Part shown: piece after piece, positions 58,066 through 64,000 of the stretch | Numbering within the stretch: position 1 is the first letter of the stretch | Layout of the letters: each line of letters starts with the position of its first letter | Source: Deltaproteobacteria bacterium HGW-Deltaproteobacteria-8 | GTDB lineage: Bacteria > Desulfobacterota > Desulfovibrionia > Desulfovibrionales > Desulfovibrionaceae | DNA: 64,000 nt | Direction of reading: 5' to 3' | Assembly (NCBI GenBank): GCA_002840405.1 | Contig: PHAR01000005.1 | Location: forward strand, 11,894-75,893 | Program-made: the position numbers and the translations under genes | Notes under the pieces: generated by a model | Seen by the model: only the letters and a program-made list of their open reading frames with translations | Database searches by the model: none | What the model was told of the DNA's origin: nothing

Positions 58066-58479
58066 ATGGCAGCGAACAAGGAACCCATCTTCGTCGGCGC
58101 GATCAGCGGCAAGATCACCGAGCTCTCGGACACCACGGAAGCAGACGTTTTTGCGGGCGACGCCACGGAGTCCACCCGGCTGGACGTGCTGGCCGTCAGC
58201 ACCGACGACACGGCCGACAAGGACCTGATCGTCCTGTTCTTTGACGGCACGGCCAGCAGGAAGGCCACCACGGTCAAGATCCCGCTCAGCAGCGGCAACA
58301 CCAACGCGCTCGCCCCGGTGAACCTGCTCGCCAGCGCGCAGATGGCCCCCCATGTCCAGGTGGACGCGGCGGGCAACAAGTTCCTGAATCTGCCTCCGGG
58401 CTGGTCCATCAAGGCCCAGGAAGCCGCCGCCCCAACCAGCGGCAAGAAGATGTGGGTCTTTGCGCGCGGCGGGAAGTAA
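58066..58479 (+). CDS. Hypothetical phage structural protein (tail-associated)
   Basis: Tightly coupled to its neighbours in the tail operon, with host-like codon usage. Confidence 0.6.
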   Translation: MAANKEPIFVGAISGKITELSDTTEADVFAGDATESTRLDVLAVSTDDTADKDLIVLFFDGTASRKATTVKIPLSSGNTNALAPVNLLASAQMAPHVQVDAAGNKFLNLPPGWSIKAQEAAAPTSGKKMWVFARGGK

Positions 58480-58483
58480 TAGC

Positions 58484-59586
58484 ATGAGCCCGCGCATGTC
58501 CACACACGAGGGCGGCGGGGCCTGGCCCGGCGGGGTCGGGGGCCTGCCTCCCGACCCTCTCGGCAGGGCTCCCGGCAACTACTTCGGGGACGGCTCGGAC
58601 GGCGCTGCGGTCATCGCCTCCAGCACCTCCCTGGCCTCGGTCCAGGACGGCGACATGGTGGTGCGGCAGTATACCAGTCTGACCATCAACGCCGGGGCCA
58701 CCCTCACCGTGTCGAGCCGCTGCCGAGGCTCCTGCTGTACGTCGATGGCGACCTCACCGTGAATGGGGTCATCAGCATGACGGCCAGGGGGTGCGCGGCC
58801 AATCCGCTGGACGCCGTGGCCACTGCGGACACCCCTGTGGCCCCGTCCGATGGGCACGGGGTCCCTGTCGGCGGCATCGTCCTCCGGCGCAAGAAGGCCG
58901 GAGCCACGGACTTCAACAGCGACTCGAACCTGTTCCACGGGTGCGGCGCCGCCGCTGTGGCCGCTGAGGCCAGGCAGGGCAGGGTGTTGGGCAACGGCAA
59001 GGCCTGGACTCTGCCCGTGGTTGGCGGCGCTGGAGGCCCAGGCACGGCTGGAAAGACGGGCGGCATGAAGCCGCTTGCCCCAGGCGGTGGCGGCTCCGGT
59101 TCGTCCTACTATTCAGGAGTGCCTGGTCGTGGAGGTAACGGGACCTGCTTCTCCGGCGGCGTGGGCAGCGGCGGTGGCGGGCCTGCCTTGCAGGCGAATG
59201 ACGTGGGAGGCTCTGGCGGTAACGCGGGCAACAATGGCTCTACGGGCGCCTGTGGCGGAGTCGGCAATCCTGGGGGGGCGCCTGTCAACGGCGGTACGGC
59301 TCAGAACAGCGGCACAGGCGGTCTGCTCATTCTCCTCGTGAGCGGAAACGTCAGCATCGGGGCGTCAGGCAAGATCGAGGCCCACGGTGTCGGCGGCGTC
59401 ACAGGCGGCGTGCCTGGTGGCTGCTCTGGCGGTGGCAACATTCTCATCCTACGGGGTGGCACTTACGCCAACTCTGGCACTGTGGCGGCCAACGGCGGCA
59501 TGGGTGGCGATGGCTCCCCTTGGGGGCTCGGAATTGGCTATGGCGGCGTTGGCTCTGTCACCGTTGATTCCATCGACAACAGATAG
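58484..59586 (+). pseudogene. Glycine-rich tail fibre / receptor-binding protein interrupted by a 1 bp frameshift (or a sequencing error)
   Basis: Frame 1 reads ..TLTVSSRCRG and the other frame continues LLLYVDGDLTVNGVISMTARG near 58725-58731. The joined reading is continuous and protein-like. Confidence 0.7.
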
Positions 59587-59595
59587 GAGGAAAAC

Positions 59596-59946
59596 ATGAT
59601 TTTGTTGCACCATTCAGAAGTGAAGCTCTCGCGCGACCTGCTCTCGGCCCTGCCGGAAAACTGCGGCTGCGTGGACTGGACCAGTGACGCCCAGCGTGAG
59701 GAATACCTGGCCCAGGCTGTGGCCTTGGGCAGCCCTTCGCCCTCGGCCTTTCCCACAGTGGTCGTGGACGTGCCCGCCTATGCGGACGACCGGCCGGTCT
59801 TTGGCCCGGAGGGCGAGTTCCTGGGCATGGCCGTGGTGACGGTGCCTGCGCACATGGAGGCCTTGCGCCTGCCCGCAAGTTGGGACGCGGTGGCCTCGTT
59901 CACGGCCTCGGTGGCGGCCCGCGCGCTGCTGCGGCCCGCCGTGTAG
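59596..59946 (+). CDS. Hypothetical protein (possible fibre assembly chaperone)
   Basis: GGAGG RBS, directly after the fibre gene. Confidence 0.55.
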   Translation: MILLHHSEVKLSRDLLSALPENCGCVDWTSDAQREEYLAQAVALGSPSPSAFPTVVVDVPAYADDRPVFGPEGEFLGMAVVTVPAHMEALRLPASWDAVASFTASVAARALLRPAV

Positions 59947-59972
59947 CCTGCTGTATGGAAGGAGGACGAGCC

Positions 59973-60356
59973 ATGCACCAGCCCTGCGGCTTCCACGATC
60001 AGTTCATGGAGCAGATCCGCGATGCGCTCCTGGGCCTGAAGGACCAGATGCGCGTCGGCATCGAGGCCGTGGCCGTGCAGTCGCGCGCCAACGGGGAGGC
60101 CCTGGAGCGCATCGCCGAGTCCCAGTCGGCCCGGCGCGAGCTCTGCGCCCAGCAGGCGGGACGCCTCGCGGCCCTGGAGCGCGGGGCGGACCTGCACCGC
60201 GAGGCCCATGCCCAGTCGCGCGAGGAGCACTTGACCGAACGCGCGGACCTGTGGAGCGCGGTGAACCGCCTGCGCTTCCACGTCTACGTGGGCCTGGGCG
60301 TGGGGCTGGTGCTGCAGCTCGTCGGTCCCTTCGTGCTTGGGGCCGTGCTGAAATAG
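59973..60356 (+). CDS. Coiled-coil protein with a C-terminal TM helix (lysis-cassette member)
   Basis: GGAGG RBS, heptad-rich body, VYVGLGVGLVLQLVGPFV TM, upstream of the holin. Confidence 0.6.
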   Translation: MHQPCGFHDQFMEQIRDALLGLKDQMRVGIEAVAVQSRANGEALERIAESQSARRELCAQQAGRLAALERGADLHREAHAQSREEHLTERADLWSAVNRLRFHVYVGLGVGLVLQLVGPFVLGAVLK

Positions 60357-60404
60357 CCTGGCCAAACAGCCCAGTAACCGGCCAAGAAAACAGGAGGCTC
60401 CCCC

Positions 60405-60806
60405 ATGCTGCTCGATTTCATCCCGCTCATCGGCGCGGCGGCCCAGAAGCTGCTCGACCTGATCCCGGACCCGGGCGCACGGGCCAAGGCCGCCGAGGAC
60501 TACCAGCGCGCGCTCCTGGACATCGTGGCCAAATCCGAGGCCGACCAGCGCGACATCAACAAGGCCGAGGCGGCCAACCCGACCCTCTTCGTGGCCGGCT
60601 GGCGGCCAGCCATCGGCTGGGTCTGCGCGGGCGCGCTGGCCTTCCAGTACATGGCCCGGCCCCTGTGGGTCTGGGCGGCCGGGGTCTGGTGGCCGTCTGT
60701 CCCGCCCCCTCCGGCCCTGGACGACATGCTCTGGCAGTTGATGTTCGGCATGCTCGGCATGGGCGGCTTGCGGACCTTGGAGAAGGTGAAGGGGGCGGGC
60801 AAATGA
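60405..60806 (+). CDS. 3TM holin (GTA-type holin family-like)
   Basis: D..PDP..RAKA, INKAEAA..TLFVAGWRPAIGW and LFGMLGMGGLRTLEKVKG patterns. Confidence 0.8.
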   Translation: MLLDFIPLIGAAAQKLLDLIPDPGARAKAAEDYQRALLDIVAKSEADQRDINKAEAANPTLFVAGWRPAIGWVCAGALAFQYMARPLWVWAAGVWWPSVPPPPALDDMLWQLMFGMLGMGGLRTLEKVKGAGK

Positions 60807-61213
60807 ACGCGCAGCGCCTGGCCGAGGACCTCCCGCGCGACGAGGGTCTGCGCCTCAAACCCTACCGCTGCACAGCCGGGCGGCTGACCATCGGCGTGGG
60901 CCGCAACCTGGACGACCGGGGCATCACCGAATCCGAGGCGCTCTTGCTGCTGGACAACGACATCAAGGACTGCTGGGGCCGGCTGGCGGCGGCGCAGCCT
61001 TGGGTTCTGGCCGCGCCGGAGGCCGTGCAGGAGGTGCTGGTCAACATGTGCTTCAACCTGGGCCTGGCCGGGTTGCTCGGGTTCCGGCAGACCCTGGCGC
61101 TGCTGCAGGCCGGTCGCTTTGCCGAGGCCGCAGCTGCGATGCTGCGCTCCAAATGGGCAGGCCAGGTGGGCGCGCGGGCCGAGCGGCTGGCGCAGAGGCT
61201 CCGGGAACTGTAA
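60803..61213 (+). CDS. Phage lysozyme (T4-like, GH24) endolysin
   Basis: DEGLRLKPYRCTAGRLTIGVG (E-x8-C-x5-T triad), NMCFNLG and SKWAGQVGARA motifs. Confidence 0.9.
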   Translation: MNAQRLAEDLPRDEGLRLKPYRCTAGRLTIGVGRNLDDRGITESEALLLLDNDIKDCWGRLAAAQPWVLAAPEAVQEVLVNMCFNLGLAGLLGFRQTLALLQAGRFAEAAAAMLRSKWAGQVGARAERLAQRLREL

Positions 61214-61467
61214 CACGCAGGCCGGACGCCTCCGGCAAACCCGGCTGGACTCGTCCGGCCGAGTCTTCTGCCCAGCCGAACTCCGCCCCCCAGCCGAACC
61301 CGCCCGCACCCACTGCCTGATCCCCTCGGCTCAAATTTCTGCGCGCGCCAGGGCCAACGCAAACCACCCAACGCTTAATCCCCCAGCGCGACAACTTCCG
61401 ACGCAAGACGGCCCGGCCAGGCATGCAAACCTGACCGGGCCGTTGCCGTATTGGCCGGGGAGGGGGG

Positions 61468-62355
61468 CTAGGAGGCGCGCAGGGCCGGAGTCTTTTCGCC
61501 GGGGTACAGGGCCTCGAAGCCCTGCTGCACCTGGCGCACGAACGCCGTGTCGCGGCGCGAGGGGTCGAAGTAGCGCGGGTCGCGCATCATCTCGCGCAGG
61601 CGCTGCGGGGTCAGGCTGGCGGCCGCCCCGCCGTTCTTGCCGCGCAGGGAGCTCTCGCTCACCAGCGGGGCCATGCGCGCAAAGGCCTGGACCACGCAGG
61701 CGTCGTCCGCCGCGCCCGACTGCTCCAGGGCCTGCATCAGCGCCGCCCCGCCCAGGGCCAGCACCGCCTTGCGCGCGGACTCGAGCACGCTCTGGGCCTC
61801 GCCTCCGTGGGCCTGGCGCAGGCTCGAGAGCTCGCGCTCACGGCGCCTGCTGCGCTCGGCCTTGGCCTTGTCCGTGTGGGCGCGCAGGCCCTCCACGTTC
61901 AGCGGCAGGAACCAGGCGTAGAGGCCTCCGGCCTGGGCGTCGGAAAGGTCCAGTTCGTGGGCCTTGGCCAGGAACGCGCCGCGCAGGGCCGTATCCACGC
62001 GGAAGTCCTCGGGCAGCTCGACCTCGGGCAGCCGGTAGTCCTCCGGCGATTCCGGGCGGCTGCCCTGGACAGATCCCTGTGCCGAACCCTGGGACGATCC
62101 TTGAGACAAGAGCGACCCCTCGGGCTCGGTCTTGCGCCCCAGCAGACGCTGGGCATGCACCAGGGCCTTCAGGGCCTCCTCGGCCGAGGCGTACTTGGCC
62201 AGGGCCGGGTGGCGGCGCAGGGGGATCTGCGTCTCCTGGCCCGCCTCGTCGCGGCCGGGCGCGGTGAGGTCCTCGGGCAGGGCGTTGCGCCAGTCGCCGG
62301 GGGCGGGGTTCTGGGCCGGGGTGCGTTTCTGGGCCGGGGTGGGGGCATCGGGCAT
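61468..62355 (-). CDS. Podovirus capsid scaffolding/assembly protein
   Basis: WRNALPEDL, LAKY.S.EE..KA..HAQRLLG, PESPEDY, AHELDLSDAQ and DPRYFD..VRQV motifs. Confidence 0.7.
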   Translation of the reverse strand: MPDAPTPAQKRTPAQNPAPGDWRNALPEDLTAPGRDEAGQETQIPLRRHPALAKYASAEEALKALVHAQRLLGRKTEPEGSLLSQGSSQGSAQGSVQGSRPESPEDYRLPEVELPEDFRVDTALRGAFLAKAHELDLSDAQAGGLYAWFLPLNVEGLRAHTDKAKAERSRRRERELSSLRQAHGGEAQSVLESARKAVLALGGAALMQALEQSGAADDACVVQAFARMAPLVSESSLRGKNGGAAASLTPQRLREMMRDPRYFDPSRRDTAFVRQVQQGFEALYPGEKTPALRAS

Positions 62356-62421
62356 GATGGTCTCCTTGGTCTGGGGTGGCTGAGTGGCCCGGGCGCGGCC
62401 CCATGCCGGGCCGGGCGCTCG

Positions 62422-62510
62422 CGCCAGTATACGCCATGTTTTTGCCACGGGACAAAAAATACCCAGATTTGGCCGGTAAAAGGACAAAAATTTCCCCTTG
62501 ACAGGGTTTC
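62422..62510 (-). promoter_or_regulatory. Conserved ~90 bp promoter element, copy 3 (upstream of the scaffold gene)
   Basis: Minus strand reads AACCCTGTCAAGGGGAAATTTTTGTCCTTTTACCGGCCAAA-N10-TTTTGTCC-17-TATACT (62426-62431). Confidence 0.85.
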
Positions 62511-62871
62511 AGTCCAGGGGCAGTTCCGCTGCCTGGAGCACCCGCTGATTGGTGAAGCCGAACAGGCGCGTGAACTTGGGCCAGCGCGGGTCGGCCTCGA
62601 TCCCCGGCTCCACGCGCAGGCCCACGATGCGCTTCTTGCCCAGCTGCCTCGCCATGCGCTTCAGCTCCTCCATGTCGGCGCGCAGGGCGCGCACCGTGGC
62701 CGGACCGAAGCGCAGCACCGTGAGGTGCAGCTCAAGCGCGTCCGGATGCTCGGCCAGGGCGGCTGCGGCGTATTGCCCGGACCTGTCGGACAGGGAGTAA
62801 AAGCGCATGCGCCAGGGCTCGTGAAGCCCGGCAAGAGAGGAATGTGCATTTGCTTCCGCGATAATGGACAT
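62509..62871 (-). CDS. Hypothetical protein, possibly GNAT-like fold
   Basis: 120 aa ORF with GGAG RBS. Its C-terminal KFTRLFGF resembles RFALHLGF of 53920..54384. Confidence 0.55.
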   Translation of the reverse strand: MSIIAEANAHSSLAGLHEPWRMRFYSLSDRSGQYAAAALAEHPDALELHLTVLRFGPATVRALRADMEELKRMARQLGKKRIVGLRVEPGIEADPRWPKFTRLFGFTNQRVLQAAELPLD

Positions 62872-63201
62872 AATCGTTCTCCATTGCCGAATGATTTTGC
62901 TGCATTGCCTTGGCTGCGCAAGGTTTGTGGCGTTTTGCGGGTTCGAGAAATTGCCCTACTTTTCTGTTGCCAACCAAGATCAACGGGTATAATGACTTCG
63001 CGTGAAGGTACGGACCACCTCGTGTGCGTGGAATATCCGCGTGCATGTGTCAGGGTCGCGGCACCTCCTCTCCGGCTCCCTTGACCGCCAGCCTTGAGGC
63101 AAACGGCCGGGGGAAAGGTCCCAGTAGGGCCTAACCGGAGGTGCAGGAATTTCGTGTTCGTGTTTCACCACCACCACCACCACATTAAGAGGAAGGTTCC
63201 C

Positions 63202-63438
63202 ATGAAGAAGCTGTTCGCCGTCATGATCGTTGCTACCCTGGCCCTTGGCGTTTCCGCTTGCGGTGAGAAGAAAGCCGAAGAGAAGAAGGCTGAGCCCGCC
63301 GCTGCCGCTCCGGCCGCTGCCGCTCCGGCCGCTCCTGCTGAGGCCAAGCCCGCTGAAGTGAAGCCCGCTGACGCCGCTGCCCCGGCCGCCGCTCCCGCCG
63401 CTGAAGCCGCCAAGCCGGCCGAAGCCAAGAAGCCCTAA
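63202..63438 (+). CDS. Small Ala/Pro/Lys-rich lipoprotein (host-type)
   Basis: MKK signal, lipobox VSAC, AGAGGAAGG RBS, and highly-expressed-type codons (GCT, GAA). Confidence 0.8.
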   Translation: MKKLFAVMIVATLALGVSACGEKKAEEKKAEPAAAAPAAAAPAAPAEAKPAEVKPADAAAPAAAPAAEAAKPAEAKKP

Positions 63439-63458
63439 GGCTTAAGGCATCTGACCAC

Positions 63459-63493
63459 CCGAAGGGGGGCCGCAAGGCCCCCCTTCTTTTTTG
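63459..63493 (+). terminator. Intrinsic terminator of the lipoprotein gene
   Basis: GAAGGGGGGCC-GCAA-GGCCCCCCTTC followed by a T run. Confidence 0.8.
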
Positions 63494-63506
63494 CCTCCCG
63501 TGGGCC

Positions 63507-63842
63507 TCAGCGCCGTCTATCCGTCTGATCCGTCCGGCTTGCCTGGCGTTGTGGCATTGTCCCCTCGATCATCCGCCCGATGTACAGCGCCAAGCTGCGG
63601 CGGCCCTCATTGAAGGCCGCGCGCTGCGGGTCCGGGCTGAAGCTCGTCTCGCGCAGGAAGCCCTGGCGGGAAATGTCCGCCAGGATCAGCCGCCCGGCCT
63701 CGCCCTCAAAGGCGCGTGCATAGGCCTGGCGCAGGTCTGCCCGCTTCTGATCTGCCCGCTTCTGATCTGCCCGCTTCTGATCTGCCCGGTTCTGATCTGC
63801 CCGGTTCTGGCCTGTCCGGCTTGAATCTGTTTGTTCGCGCAT
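63507..63842 (-). CDS. Bbp19-like podovirus protein (normally between portal and scaffold)
   Basis: Y...F.GEAG..IL.D...F..TSF..DP...AFNEGRRS..L.I pattern, with an N-terminal pentapeptide repeat. Confidence 0.7.
   Translation of the reverse strand: MREQTDSSRTGQNRADQNRADQKRADQKRADQKRADLRQAYARAFEGEAGRLILADISRQGFLRETSFSPDPQRAAFNEGRRSLALYIGRMIEGTMPQRQASRTDQTDRRR
63736..63825. repeat. 15 bp tandem repeat (VNTR), 5 near-perfect copies plus 1 degenerate copy
   Basis: TCTGCCCG(C/G)TTCTGA units encoding Q(K/N)RAD on the minus strand. Confidence 0.9.
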
Positions 63843-63861
63843 GAGTGCCCCTCTTTTTCCC

Positions 63862-63950
63862 GTGAACATACACCTGGAAATCCGGCCCGGACAAAAATCA
63901 CCTGTTTTTGGCCGGTAAAAAGACAAAAATTCCCGGTTGACAGGTTTTGG
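63862..63950 (-). promoter_or_regulatory. Conserved ~90 bp promoter element, copy 4 (upstream of the Bbp19-like gene)
   Basis: Minus strand reads AACCTGTCAACCGGGAATTTTTGTCTTTTTACCGGCCAAA-N10-TTTTGTCC-17-TATGTT. Confidence 0.75.
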
Positions 63951-64000
63951 GCAGGCGAAAAAATAGGCCCGGCTCCCCCCTTTCGGAAAAGCCGGGCCGC

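Noticed and set aside
53786-61213. Tailocin or contractile injection system
   Set aside because: No sheath, tube, baseplate or tape-measure genes. The components are podoviral and include a head scaffold.
63095-63150. c-di-GMP-I (GEMM) riboswitch suggested by GGCAAAC...GAAA...CCTAA
   Set aside because: It lacks the GACGCAAAG core and the expected P2 arrangement. Kept only as a generic structured leader.
63166-63183. Poly-His coding run (ORF 63094 start)
   Set aside because: It lies upstream of the real RBS and start at 63202, so it is most likely non-coding.
63736-63825. Tandem repeats as a CRISPR array
   Set aside because: The 15 bp units are directly adjacent with no spacers, lie inside an ORF, and have no cas genes nearby.

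Overview
High-GC bacterial chromosome segment. The REP repeat type and gene content suggest a sulfate-reducing Desulfovibrionaceae member (inference). It has five parts. (1) 0.5-19.3 kb: host genes, including an NdvB-like GH17+GT2 glucan synthase, SfsA, an EamA transporter, a caspase-family lipoprotein and c-di-GMP/two-component genes. (2) 19.38-27.92 kb: a ~8.5 kb lower-GC integrative element with a large serine recombinase, ColE2-like replicase, orphan C5 methyltransferase, second (tyrosine) recombinase and a hybrid kinase as cargo. Its junctions can be reconstructed and show it split a host REP repeat at a shared CCCGC core. (3) 28-47.5 kb: esterase, Pcm, MsbA and an LPS/CDP-sugar cluster. 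(4) 47.6-53.3 kb: diguanylate cyclases and a D-Ala-D-Ala carboxypeptidase. (5) 53.8-64 kb: podovirus (T7/BPP-1-like) virion and lysis genes with host-like composition. They are reshuffled, interleaved with a host-type gene, and have no adjacent integrase, replication or repressor gene. Three of these transcription units, plus a fourth site 53 kb away at the window start, carry the same ~90 bp colinear promoter element. The leading hypothesis is a domesticated, dispersed phage-derived particle (gene-transfer-agent-like, reminiscent of the podovirus-shaped Dd1 of Desulfovibrio); a decaying prophage is the alternative. No tRNA, rRNA or CRISPR array was seen.
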